Source: an uncultured Candidatus Berkelbacteria bacterium (GTDB lineage Bacteria; Patescibacteriota; UBA1384; UBA12157; JAENIV01). Taken from it: a DNA stretch of 64,000 nt. The number at the start of each line of letters is the position of its first letter. Position 1 is the first letter of the stretch. The notes beneath the pieces were generated by a model. It worked only from the letters and a program-made list of their open reading frames with translations. It was not told where the DNA came from and did not search any database. Shown one piece after another: positions 19,700 through 28,756 of this stretch. Location: contig OY969116.1 in assembly GCA_963698075.1 (NCBI GenBank), positions 542,131 to 606,130 on the forward strand, written 5' to 3'. Both the position numbers and the translations under genes were made by a program.

Positions 19700-20440
19700 T
19701 TAAGTTTCCCTTTTTGGTAACGCCAAACTAAAAGTTGAACCTTTGCCCGGTTCCGAATGTTCCAGCCAAAGTTTTCCGCCTTGGGCTTCGGTTAAACGTC
19801 GGGCCAAATATAATCCTAAGCCGGTGCCTTTTTCTTGACCCGCCAAGGAAAGATTGCCTTTGGAAAAAATCTCAAACAAACGATCTTGATCTTCTTTTTT
19901 AATTCCAGTGCCAGTATCAGCCACGTCAGTAATCACCCAATTATTATCAAGACGATGAGAAACCTTAATTTGCCCGTTCGCGGGCGTAAATTTGACCGCA
20001 TTGGAAACCAAATTCATTAAAATTTCTCGGGCGCGGTCGGGGTCGGCTCTGACAAAAAGATCCTCGGAAGATGGCTGATACTCTAAAGCTAGTTGCTTTT
20101 CTTTGGCCGGGATTTGAAAATCGGAAACAATCATTTTGGACTCGCGGCTGATATCAACTTGGCCAATTTTTAGCGAAATTTTTCCTTCTTGGATCCGGGC
20201 AACCTTCATCATGTGTTCGACCAAACGAATCAATCGATCATTGGCAATGTAGGCTTGGGCGATAAACTCCTTAACATCGTCGGAAATTGGCCCAGCATCA
20301 CCTTCCAAAATCATTGATAAATAGCCCTTAACGCCGGTCATCGGCGTCCGGAGCTCATGCGACATCACGCTTAAAAACTCCTGCTTTTGGGCTTCCAAAA
20401 GATGTTTTAATTTCTGGATTCTTGCTTTATCTTCTTCCAT
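19700..20440 (-). CDS. Sensor-less histidine kinase (HisKA + HATPase only)
   Basis: SHELRTP, NLVSNAVKF, DTGTGI, GTGLGL; only about 25 aa precede the H box. Confidence 0.93.
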   Translation of the reverse strand: MEEDKARIQKLKHLLEAQKQEFLSVMSHELRTPMTGVKGYLSMILEGDAGPISDDVKEFIAQAYIANDRLIRLVEHMMKVARIQEGKISLKIGQVDISRESKMIVSDFQIPAKEKQLALEYQPSSEDLFVRADPDRAREILMNLVSNAVKFTPANGQIKVSHRLDNNWVITDVADTGTGIKKEDQDRLFEIFSKGNLSLAGQEKGTGLGLYLARRLTEAQGGKLWLEHSEPGKGSTFSLALPKRET

Positions 20441-20457
20441 TGTAATAGTTTAAAAGT

Positions 20458-21105
20458 TTATACCAGTCGTTCTGGGGTTCTTTTAAGGACTGTGATTCTC
20501 TCGACAACTCCCTTAACCCCGAAGCCACCCATGCCAGCCCTGAGATAAACATTGGGCATAACTGTTCTTGTATAGTAAGGATAATTACTACCCGCTTTTT
20601 CAAACTCTGATTTCAACTGGTCAGCTATTTCTTCATTTAAACCAAAGGATCGAAAAACCAAGTCACGATATTCATTTCGAAAATCTTCGTCCGAAACACC
20701 GAGACTCTTTGCTCCCTCAACCTGTTCATCAGTTGGCGTAAAATCATAATTGATTGGTTCTTCTCTTTTCCCTCTTTGCATTTTAACCGCTCCCTCAGCC
20801 ACCTGTGTCATTAAATCACTGAGCATCGCTAGGATTTTTGCTTGCCGGACATCATAGTTGGCTTCTGCCTGATCGCGTGTCTCATTCGCCAATTTGTCTT
20901 GGGTGGCGGCCATTTCTAACCACTGTTTCACCATAGGATTCTCACTTTGATCGGGGTCGCCTCCCGCCAATTCTCTGGCTTGGGTTCTAAAATGGGCCGC
21001 TAACGAAGCATTTACGTTTTGTTGCCTCGCTATTTCCTCGGCCTTCGTTTCGTCCTCTTCCCAGCCTGGTTGTTTTTCCATCGGGTGCCATTTTTCTTCT
21101 TCCAT
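20458..21105 (-). CDS. Hypothetical acidic protein
   Basis: 215-aa ORF with GAGG RBS, co-directional between ftsK and the kinase. Confidence 0.75.
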   Translation of the reverse strand: MEEEKWHPMEKQPGWEEDETKAEEIARQQNVNASLAAHFRTQARELAGGDPDQSENPMVKQWLEMAATQDKLANETRDQAEANYDVRQAKILAMLSDLMTQVAEGAVKMQRGKREEPINYDFTPTDEQVEGAKSLGVSDEDFRNEYRDLVFRSFGLNEEIADQLKSEFEKAGSNYPYYTRTVMPNVYLRAGMGGFGVKGVVERITVLKRTPERLV

Positions 21106-21119
21106 TTTACCTCATTTCA

Positions 21120-23381
21120 TTAAGGATTATTTTGAATATTATCATCTTCAACCCCTGGTGGCTGATTAGTTGGCTGATTGGCTGGCGGGTAGTTGGACGG
21201 TGGAGGTGGTTCTCGGAATGGTTGATGCCAATCTCCTCGCTGGCGATAATCTGGTTGACCATACGGCGGTCGCTGGCTGCCATGTTGCCGCGAAAATTCC
21301 TCACCTTGCCTATTCGCCTCGCGGCGAAGCGGGCCGATAGACGGATTCATTGGCGTCCGGGCCTGTTGACGCTCGTGGTCTAAAGTAATTGGGTCAATCA
21401 TCACGTCGCGCGGTTTGGCCCCATCAGGGGGACCAATCACCCCTTCTTGCTCGAGCATATCAAGTAAACGCGCGGCGCGGGCATAGCCCACCCGTAACCG
21501 CCGCTGAAGCAAAGAGGCTGAGGCCTTGCCGGCCATGACGACCGTTTCTTTAGCATCATTATACAACTCATCTTCGGCCATCAATTCGCCGCTCAAACCT
21601 CTTTCCGAACCGGCCCGATAAGTCAAGACTGTTTCATCATAATTGGCGTAACCTTCACGCTTTAAGAATTCAGTGACGCGGTTAATTTCTTTATCGGTCA
21701 CCATCACCCCTTGGACACGTTTGGGCTTACCCAATTCATTGCCAATGTAGAGCATATCGCCGTTGCCAAGCAATCGTTCGGCGCCAGCTAAATCAAGAAT
21801 GGTGCGCGAATCAACTTGAGAAGCCACGGCAAAGGCGATGCGGTTGGTAATATTGGCTTTAATGAGGCCGGTGATGACATCCACCGATGGCCGCTGGGTA
21901 GCCACCACCAAATGAATCCCAGTGGCCCGCGCCATTTGAGCTAGTCTGACAATGGCTGCCTCAACCTCGTTGGCCGCTTGCGCCATCAAATCCGCCAACT
22001 CATCAATGAAAATGACAATGTAAGGCAGTTTGCCGTTGGGTGGATTGGCGTTATAGGCCTCAATATGGCGGCGATTAGTTTCTTGAAATAGACGAAAACG
22101 GCGATCCATTTCCGCTACCGTCCATTTTAACGCGGAAATGGTTTGGTCAACATCATGAATGACCGGCGCCAGTAAATGGGGGACGCCATTATAGGGCGTA
22201 AATTCCACTCTTTTCGGATCAACCAAAATTAGTCTTAAATCCGCCGGCGAATTTTGATACAAAAACGACAAAATCATCGCATTAATACAAACTGATTTTC
22301 CCGAGCCAGTCGCGCCGGCAATCAAAAGATGAGGCATATTTTTGATATCAACGACAAAAGGTGAGCCAGCGACATCGCGGCCAAGCGCGGTGGTTAAATT
22401 TGACTTGGAATTTTTAAAATCTTCAGTCTCCAACACTTCTCGTAAAGTCACCAAAGCCGGCACTTTGTTGGGAATCTCAATTCCCACCGCTGACTTGCCC
22501 GGGATCGGCGCTTCAATCCTGATTGGATGAGCGGCTAAAGCGAGGGCCAGATCATTGGTCCGAGCCGTAATTTGATTGAGCTTGACTGCTGGCGCTGGTT
22601 TAAGGGTATATTGAGTCACCGCCGGACCAATATTGACGTCGCCCATAGTCACTTCAATCCCAAAATCTTTGAGGGTTTTTTGAACAATTTCGACATTTTT
22701 AGCAATGTTGCCCGATGTTGCTTTCGAGGAATTTTGGTCTAATAAATCAACTGGCGGGAATTCCCAAATTTTCTGGCCGACGTGAGGCAAACTTTGTTGA
22801 TATGGCGATGTCGCCGCCGAACGTCGCCCCAAAGTCGCAAAAACCGAGGCCTTGGGCTCGTTGACTCTCACCCCGGGTTCCATGGAACCGCTACCGAGTT
22901 TTGCCCAAAGGGCTTTAATCGAAGTGTTAAAAGTAACCAATAACGAGACAATGGCTAAGACAAAAACTAAGATAAGTGAAGCGTAAATCCCCAGGAAACT
23001 CGCAAATAAAGAACGGACACCCGAACCGATCCAACCGCCCAAAGGCGACAACAAGGCCGGGACAAAAATGAGCGATAAAATTGTCCCCACCACCGAGATG
23101 GGTTTAACTTGGAAACGCGAGGGCAAAAGCAGGATCGTGCCAAAACCCGCGAAAATAAAGGGAATGAGGTAACCAACGATTCCCCAAAGATTGATAGTGG
23201 TGCGATAGAAAAACCGACCAAAAGAACCAGCTAAATTAAACCAGCCCAAGAAAATGAGCAAACCCAAAATCAGTAAGATAAAAGCGGCGATTTCCCGGGT
23301 CGTATCGGGGTTCATCGTCCAATCAAGGTTTTCCCATATCGAAAGTCTTTGGCCCTTTCTTCGATATTTGCGTCTGGCCAT
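21120..23381 (-). CDS. ftsK: DNA translocase FtsK
   Basis: N-terminal TMs, AGATGSGKS, IDELADLM, ATQRPS, gamma domain SASLLQRRLRVGYARAAR. Confidence 0.98.
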   Translation of the reverse strand: MARRKYRRKGQRLSIWENLDWTMNPDTTREIAAFILLILGLLIFLGWFNLAGSFGRFFYRTTINLWGIVGYLIPFIFAGFGTILLLPSRFQVKPISVVGTILSLIFVPALLSPLGGWIGSGVRSLFASFLGIYASLILVFVLAIVSLLVTFNTSIKALWAKLGSGSMEPGVRVNEPKASVFATLGRRSAATSPYQQSLPHVGQKIWEFPPVDLLDQNSSKATSGNIAKNVEIVQKTLKDFGIEVTMGDVNIGPAVTQYTLKPAPAVKLNQITARTNDLALALAAHPIRIEAPIPGKSAVGIEIPNKVPALVTLREVLETEDFKNSKSNLTTALGRDVAGSPFVVDIKNMPHLLIAGATGSGKSVCINAMILSFLYQNSPADLRLILVDPKRVEFTPYNGVPHLLAPVIHDVDQTISALKWTVAEMDRRFRLFQETNRRHIEAYNANPPNGKLPYIVIFIDELADLMAQAANEVEAAIVRLAQMARATGIHLVVATQRPSVDVITGLIKANITNRIAFAVASQVDSRTILDLAGAERLLGNGDMLYIGNELGKPKRVQGVMVTDKEINRVTEFLKREGYANYDETVLTYRAGSERGLSGELMAEDELYNDAKETVVMAGKASASLLQRRLRVGYARAARLLDMLEQEGVIGPPDGAKPRDVMIDPITLDHERQQARTPMNPSIGPLRREANRQGEEFSRQHGSQRPPYGQPDYRQRGDWHQPFREPPPPSNYPPANQPTNQPPGVEDDNIQNNP

Positions 23382-23444
23382 TTTCTAAATCCCTCCAATT
23401 AGTTCTATTATACCATCTTTTTAATGTGTCTATATGTCTTTAGA

Positions 23445-23540
23445 GGCCGAAGTGGTGTCCCGAGTGAAGTGGCGGCGTCCCGAACGTAGTTCGAGACAGG
23501 GATGGAGTGGGTGCCCGAGAGCGAGGGATACCACGAGGCC
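23445..23540 (+). repeat. Family-A element (short subfamily), intergenic copy
   Basis: GGCCGAAGTGGTGTCCCGAG..GCGAGGGATACCACGAGGCC; core nearly identical to 63646-63737. Confidence 0.9.
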
Positions 23541-23578
23541 GAATAATTATAATAATTAACGAAAAAATCGCCTTTTTC

Positions 23579-23719
23579 TTAGGCGATTTTTTCATCCGTC
23601 TCTCGATGAAATTCCACAAATTTGCCGGTTTCCGGATCAATTTGAACTTCGATTTGTTCCGGCTCTTTGCCAGTGTCAATCTCTTGGGAAATCTCTTGAA
23701 TTGTCTCGTTCATGTCCAT
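23579..23719 (-). CDS. Small 46-aa protein missed by the ORF track
   Basis: MDMNETIQEISQEIDTGKEPEQIEVQIDPETGKFVEFHRETDEKIA*. The C-terminus resembles that of 23776-23997, and a terminator hairpin overlaps the stop. Confidence 0.65.
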   Translation of the reverse strand: MDMNETIQEISQEIDTGKEPEQIEVQIDPETGKFVEFHRETDEKIA

Positions 23720-23775
23720 TTACCCCGTTAGATGCGTCAGCTATCTAACTGGGGCCCTCCATTTTTATATTTATT

Positions 23776-23997
23776 TTAAGCGGCTTTTCTTTCCTGCTCG
23801 CCGCGATGAAATCGGATAATTTTTTGCCCTTCGGGTGCATTAGGATTATAAGTTCCTTCTTCCGTTTCTGGCTCTTGGACAAGAACCGTCAGTGGTCCAT
23901 GGCCGGTCTGCCAGACCTCTTCATGGCCAGGCGATAATTTAATTCCCGCCCTTTCCATTTCTTCCAAAGTCATTACCCCTTTTCCTTTTTCTATCAT
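23776..23997 (-). CDS. Small hypothetical protein
   Basis: AAGGAGG RBS and its own TTGACT..TACAAT promoter upstream. Confidence 0.75.
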   Translation of the reverse strand: MIEKGKGVMTLEEMERAGIKLSPGHEEVWQTGHGPLTVLVQEPETEEGTYNPNAPEGQKIIRFHRGEQERKAA

Positions 23998-24131
23998 GCT
24001 CCCTCCTTGAGAGCTCCTCCTTAATTCAGGAGTATTAAATTATTGTAACATAATTTTCGCCGAAAGTCAAGGAGAACGAAAAGTCCTGGCTCGGTTGGCC
24101 AGGACTCGGAAAGGTTCGATCAGCTCGAAAG

Positions 24132-24902
24132 CTAAAGTGGGGCGATGACCATCTGGGTATAGCTGGCCTTCAAGGGAGGAAGTCGGATATCGCCGTACTC
24201 ATCCTCGTGGGTGACCTTGGCGCGGTGGTAGCGTCCGCCGACAAGATAGCCGCGGATCCCGGGAGAGATCTCGATGCCTGCAAGGCGCTTGACAACCTCC
24301 GGGAAATGGGCGCCTTTGAGCAGGAGGTCAACCACTGCCATCCTGATCCGACTTTCGGTCACCGCGCAAAGAAAGCCAAACTGCCAGAGGGGAAGACCCG
24401 GACAAGCCTCAAACTCAATCACCAAGGCAACACGAGTGTTATGCTCGACCTCATCGATTGCCAGTCTCTCCTTACCCAGGACAAACCATTCGTATCCGCA
24501 GGTTTGCCACTGCACCCCTTTGTTAATCCATTGGATTGTTGGTCTGCCTGTCCACCGATGGGTATAGACGGCCCAACCAGGTCCAGCATGATCGGCCGGG
24601 CCAATCTCATTGCTGGCGAAGGAAAGGAAGATGAGAATGGGAGAAAGACAACCGACAATCACTGCTCGAGCTAAGTCATCAAGATCACCTGAGCTGGCGG
24701 CCACAAGGAAACAGACTGTCGTACCGACCACTAGACCGGCGCAGATGAGGTCGACCAGCAAGCTCATTCGAAACCGAGTGAGCAGCAGTTTCTCATATCC
24801 GGGCAGATTGCTCTTGGTAACCATGTAGAAGAGTCGATTGAGATAGATGTACCATGTTGCCACCACAGCGACGAGCGCAACTAGCATGATTACGGTGGAC
24901 AT
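24132..24902 (-). CDS. Hypothetical membrane protein (3 N-terminal TMs)
   Basis: GGAGG RBS, GC-rich ORF, own terminator at about 24078-24106. Confidence 0.7.
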   Translation of the reverse strand: MSTVIMLVALVAVVATWYIYLNRLFYMVTKSNLPGYEKLLLTRFRMSLLVDLICAGLVVGTTVCFLVAASSGDLDDLARAVIVGCLSPILIFLSFASNEIGPADHAGPGWAVYTHRWTGRPTIQWINKGVQWQTCGYEWFVLGKERLAIDEVEHNTRVALVIEFEACPGLPLWQFGFLCAVTESRIRMAVVDLLLKGAHFPEVVKRLAGIEISPGIRGYLVGGRYHRAKVTHEDEYGDIRLPPLKASYTQMVIAPL

Positions 24903-25052
24903 TGTTTCCCTCCCTGGGTAGGTTCCTGGCAAGACATCCCAGATGTTCGTAAGATATCATTTTTTCTCTTTTTAGTCAACAACCGGCAGCGCGATTGAGA
25001 TTACAGAAACACGCCCTGGATCAGAGCGTGTTGAGAAAGTTCAATGTGAAGC

Positions 25053-25529
25053 TCAAATATAATGGATGCCGCGGGCATCCATGAAGACCCGCTGTTGAGA
25101 GTGGATGCTTTCCAAGAGAACACAGCTGGTGATGTAAAGGAAATGTTGTTGCTCGCCGATTTCGTCTTCGCTTAACGACCTTTTACCAGCAAGAATATCC
25201 TTGATAATGGCCCGGAAAGTCCTTGCCTGACGCGGCCAATCGCGAGGGTCAAATAACTCTCGTACGTTTTGACCCGCCTCCAAGAAGCGTTCGGCGCGCT
25301 CATAATCCTTAAGCTGTTTAGGGCTGATTTCCGTCAGCTTGTGAACTCTAAGTGAATGCAATAGCAAGGCGCAGAGTTGGCTTGCCACCGCAAGCATCGA
25401 TTTGACGTCAGGCAGGAATTGACCGTCTTCGCCCAAATGCTTGCCTCGTCGGATGTACTCCAAACCACAGACGCCGTTGTTGGCCATAACATCTAGATCG
25501 TGGTCTTCGAACAGCCCGTCAAACTCCAT
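25053..25529 (-). CDS. Hypothetical protein
   Basis: GGGGGTGA RBS, own terminator at about 25008-25032. Confidence 0.7.
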   Translation of the reverse strand: MEFDGLFEDHDLDVMANNGVCGLEYIRRGKHLGEDGQFLPDVKSMLAVASQLCALLLHSLRVHKLTEISPKQLKDYERAERFLEAGQNVRELFDPRDWPRQARTFRAIIKDILAGKRSLSEDEIGEQQHFLYITSCVLLESIHSQQRVFMDARGIHYI

Positions 25530-25586
25530 GGTTCACCCCCTATGAGTGGTGACTAAATAATATCAAACTGAATTTCAAAAGCAATA

Positions 25587-25613
25587 ACAAAAAGCGCGAT
25601 CGAGGAATCGGCC
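25587..25613. repeat. Direct repeat copy 1 (27 bp, identical to 27572-27598)
   Basis: ACAAAAAGCGCGATCGAGGAATCGGCC. Confidence 0.95.
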
Positions 25614-25626
25614 ACAAAATATCAAA

Positions 25627-25857
25627 TTATTTCTTTAATAGTCTTTTGAGTTCTTCTTTATTTATTTCGGCAAATTTTAAAATATTATTCAAGGTTCCGG
25701 GTCGAATAATTTTATGATTTGGCACAATCACGGTTTTCTTAATCGGCTTTAATTTTCTTAATTTAATATGACTGCCTCTTTGGCTGATAACAATAAATCC
25801 TCTTTTTACGAGGACTTTTATGAGTTCTTTGGCCGAGATTTGAGGTAATTTACTCAA
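25627..25857 (-). CDS. hicA: HicA-family toxin
   Basis: ELIKVL..RGF....QRGSHIKL, VIVPNH, GTLNNILK. Confidence 0.95.
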   Translation of the reverse strand: MSKLPQISAKELIKVLVKRGFIVISQRGSHIKLRKLKPIKKTVIVPNHKIIRPGTLNNILKFAEINKEELKRLLKK

Positions 25858-25865
25858 GAATCTCC

Positions 25866-26081
25866 TTAATGGCCAACTTCTAAAGGCACGATAAATTCTT
25901 TAATCGGCGCCTCGGGTAATTCCTCATCTTCCAAATATAAATCAATCGCTTCTTGAATATTTTTTAGGGCTTCTTCAAAAGTATCACCTTGAGAAAAACA
26001 ACCCGGAAGAGAAGGCACCGATACTGAATATCCCCCGTCTTTTTCTTGTTCAAATAAAACCGCTAAATTTCTTACTTTCAT
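25866..26081 (-). CDS. hicB: HicB-family antitoxin (short form)
   Basis: GGYSVSVPSLPGCFSQGDTFEEALKNIQEAI; AGGAG RBS before ATG 26081. Confidence 0.95.
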   Translation of the reverse strand: MKVRNLAVLFEQEKDGGYSVSVPSLPGCFSQGDTFEEALKNIQEAIDLYLEDEELPEAPIKEFIVPLEVGH

Positions 26082-26127
26082 TTTAACTCCTAACCAAAAT
26101 ATAGCACAAAAATATAAAAAATCAAAC

Positions 26128-26163
26128 ATCACAAAAAGTGCGAGCGAGATGTCGGCCCAATAT
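26128..26163. repeat. Direct repeat copy 2 (31/36 match to 27569-27604)
   Basis: ATCACAAAAAGTGCGAGCGAGATGTCGGCCCAATAT. Confidence 0.85.
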
Positions 26164-26861
26164 CAATATCCCTCCCCAAGTATTTTTGAATATTTCCAGA
26201 GGCCGTTAAATATCGATTTGTATGTTTCGGCAATAACCCGATCCGATATTAAATACCCAATCCCTCCATATTGATCCGAAATCATTAACACGCATTCGCC
26301 GAAAACCGCCATTGTTCCGTGAAAAGGCAGGGTCTTTTGCCCCAGCCGAACAATGCGACCGGTTCTGATAATTGCTTCTTGGGAATGGTATTTATGATAT
26401 CCTTTGGAAACCGGCGACCTCAAAACCCTGATCATAATTTTTTTACTAATTGATTCTTCAATATAATTTTCAAAAAACCTGTTTCCCAAAAGTTCAGTCG
26501 AAGTTTTGGAATCAATGATCCAGTCAACTTTTCTGGATGGATTTTGATCCAAAGTTAGTAATATCGCTTCTTTTAAGTTTCTTTTCCCTACGAAACACAA
26601 AAAATTCCCAAATTTGAGGTTTTTATTGGGAAATTCCTTAATTTCTTCTTGATTTAATATCGAATAGGTTCTTTTATTATTAACAATTTTCTCCGATATT
26701 AAACCCGCCAAAACCAAGTGATCAATAAAATTATAAACGGTTGTCCTCTTAACTTTACTCGCTTCCGATATTTGACTGACCGTCCCCGTCCTAATTTTTT
26801 GAATCGCCTTATAAACCGCGATCTCTTTTGCCGATAGGTTAGTATAAATCTTTTTTCCCAT
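26163..26861 (-). CDS. TrmB-like transcriptional regulator
   Basis: LSAKEIAVY...QISEASKVKRTTVY..I..L...GLI winged helix; C-terminal F..LW. Confidence 0.88.
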   Translation of the reverse strand: MGKKIYTNLSAKEIAVYKAIQKIRTGTVSQISEASKVKRTTVYNFIDHLVLAGLISEKIVNNKRTYSILNQEEIKEFPNKNLKFGNFLCFVGKRNLKEAILLTLDQNPSRKVDWIIDSKTSTELLGNRFFENYIEESISKKIMIRVLRSPVSKGYHKYHSQEAIIRTGRIVRLGQKTLPFHGTMAVFGECVLMISDQYGGIGYLISDRVIAETYKSIFNGLWKYSKILGEGY

Positions 26862-27060
26862 TTTCTTTCCTTAATATTATGAATAGATATTTAAGAGTGT
26901 TGTCTATATTTTAGACATCGTGTCTTAAAAAGTCAAGAAATATGGTTTGAGGGGATAAAATGGTTAACAATATTGACAAGTTTGATAATATATGAGGATT
27001 CGGCAGAAAGCGATTTAATCTGCCGAACGAACCTGAACAAGAAAAGAAGAGGAGAAAAAG

Positions 27061-27489
27061 ATGTCTGAGTTCGAGAAGGAAATCAGGAACCGAATAGCAA
27101 CAGTAAGCAAGAAGATGGAAGGGATATTGATGACCGCTCTTCAGCTTGCAAAACAATGGAGAGCTAAGGTAGAAGCTACTCCTCCACCGATCGGAGAGCA
27201 CCCCTGGAAGGTGCGTGAGGAGAAAGGACCATCTCCTCTTGAACAGGTCTTCCCGCAACTCTGTGAATGCGAGTTGGAGGTTTTTGGGATTTTCTTTGAC
27301 GCTCTAAGTTGTACTGATGAGTTGAGTCCCCAAACCATAGAGAGAATCCGAATCCTCGAACCGCTCTTTGAGCTCACACGCGATAAGATCCGCGTGGGAG
27401 ATACAGAACTTCTAATGGATGAGTGGAGGGAAGTTTGGAGCGCGCAAGAAAGGTTGGCAGAACGCCAAAGACCTGCACCGAAACCTTGA
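27061..27489 (+). CDS. Hypothetical protein divergent from the TrmB-like gene
   Basis: GAGGAG RBS; hairpins follow the stop. Confidence 0.75.
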   Translation: MSEFEKEIRNRIATVSKKMEGILMTALQLAKQWRAKVEATPPPIGEHPWKVREEKGPSPLEQVFPQLCECELEVFGIFFDALSCTDELSPQTIERIRILEPLFELTRDKIRVGDTELLMDEWREVWSAQERLAERQRPAPKP

Positions 27490-27568
27490 GACATCCGGGG
27501 CCGATTGCCTAAATCCCCGACTATTTAGTCCCGCTTGACTAAAACAACAAGTCCGGCGGGATTTCTTT

Positions 27569-27950
27569 ATCACAAAAAGCGCGATCGAGGAATCGGCCCA
27601 ATATTACTTTAAATTGTTGACCGTCCGTCGCGCTTTTTGCGTTTAGCTACCCGAGAAGCCATGCCCCTCGAATAGAATTTTGATAGACAGACGAGAACAT
27701 CCTATAGATAACTAGGCGTCATCCATAAGAAAAAATGTCTGCCTCTTGCCGGGTTTTTGGCCCGCGACGCTCTTCGAAGTTTACGCTCGCTGGCCTAAAA
27801 GAAGGTGCTACCTCCGCCTAACCTTGCTTGGTCAAAGTTTAAAACGGCTCTGGATCATGCGGATTGGATAGCCATACAACAGCCATCCAAAAACCTTAGC
27901 TGAAGGGTCTAAATGTTAAGAATCGCGAAATGCCGATTTAGTGATGATCG
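27569..27950 (-). ncRNA. Candidate structured non-coding RNA ending in a long terminator-like hairpin
   Basis: ORF-free stretch with several stems; ends AAAAAGCGCGA..TCGCGCTTTTT; a promoter at 28100-28128 points into it. Family not recognised and strand inferred. Confidence 0.4.
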
Positions 27951-28099
27951 GGGGAACGGCGCGGGACGAAATTCAGGATTGACAGTCGGCGAATTTCCAG
28001 ATTAGCATGCGATTATTAAAAAACGGCAAGAAGGAAAGATACGAAAAACCCTCCTACATTTTCTTCTGGCCATTTTGCTAAAGTACTTTTGTTATTTTT

Positions 28100-28128
28100 A
28101 TCATAGCATGGATTTTGGCTATTGTCAA
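28100..28128 (-). promoter_or_regulatory. Sigma70-type promoter
   Basis: TTGACA-N17-TATGAT with extended TG. Confidence 0.8.
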
Positions 28129-28246
28129 TTCTCGCATCTTATCGCGGGGTCTTGACAAATGAAAATATTGTATTAGGATACGCCATTTAAACCTTATTAT
28201 AACGAAAAGTCCGCCCAAGAGCGGACTGATGGATGATAGAAAAAGG

Positions 28247-28624
28247 CTAGGTAATTCTTCCAGAAAGTGCCCTGGCATGATGGCGAATAACGGTGATTGT
28301 CTCGGGATCCAACAGCTCCTGCGCATCGCGAGCGAAAACACTCCCCAATGCCGATCCAGAAATAGTCATCATCCCATCAGAAAAAGTGATATCCGGACAA
28401 TCATTCAAGCAGGCATGGATTTCCGGCGAAAAACCAGAGCCTCTGAATCTGGCGATCCCTTGCAGTTCGCGACACTCATGCATCAACCCTTTGATTGCTT
28501 GATGGAAAACCATTCTGTCCCCGGGCAATCGTTTTCGGGCTGGCAATGCCGCCATCAAGCCCTGTAAGACGACCGGTAGTCTCGGATCAATCTGGATCTT
28601 CTGCTCGTCTTTCTTCCCCATCAC
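28247..28624 (-). CDS. Hypothetical protein
   Basis: AGGAGG RBS, own promoter and terminator. Confidence 0.7.
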   Translation of the reverse strand: MMGKKDEQKIQIDPRLPVVLQGLMAALPARKRLPGDRMVFHQAIKGLMHECRELQGIARFRGSGFSPEIHACLNDCPDITFSDGMMTISGSALGSVFARDAQELLDPETITVIRHHARALSGRIT

Positions 28625-28756
28625 TCGCCCTCCTGGAGAAATGTCTATTACTAATTTACTTTTCTAACCCTTTTCTGTCAAGACAAGAAACACCCCGGCG
28701 GTAAACTACCCGCCGGGGCGCACATTGTGTTCGATCTTCTGAATATCCCTTCTTCG

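Noticed and set aside
25587-27604. The three 27-36 bp repeats as a CRISPR array or integron attC sites
   Set aside because: They are separated by whole genes (0.5 and 1.4 kb), lack RYYYAAC/GTTRRRY ends, and no integron integrase is present.
27801-27816. GAAGGTGCTACC as a T-box
   Set aside because: It deviates from the GGTGGNACC core, has no recognisable stem I, and has no downstream plus-strand gene.
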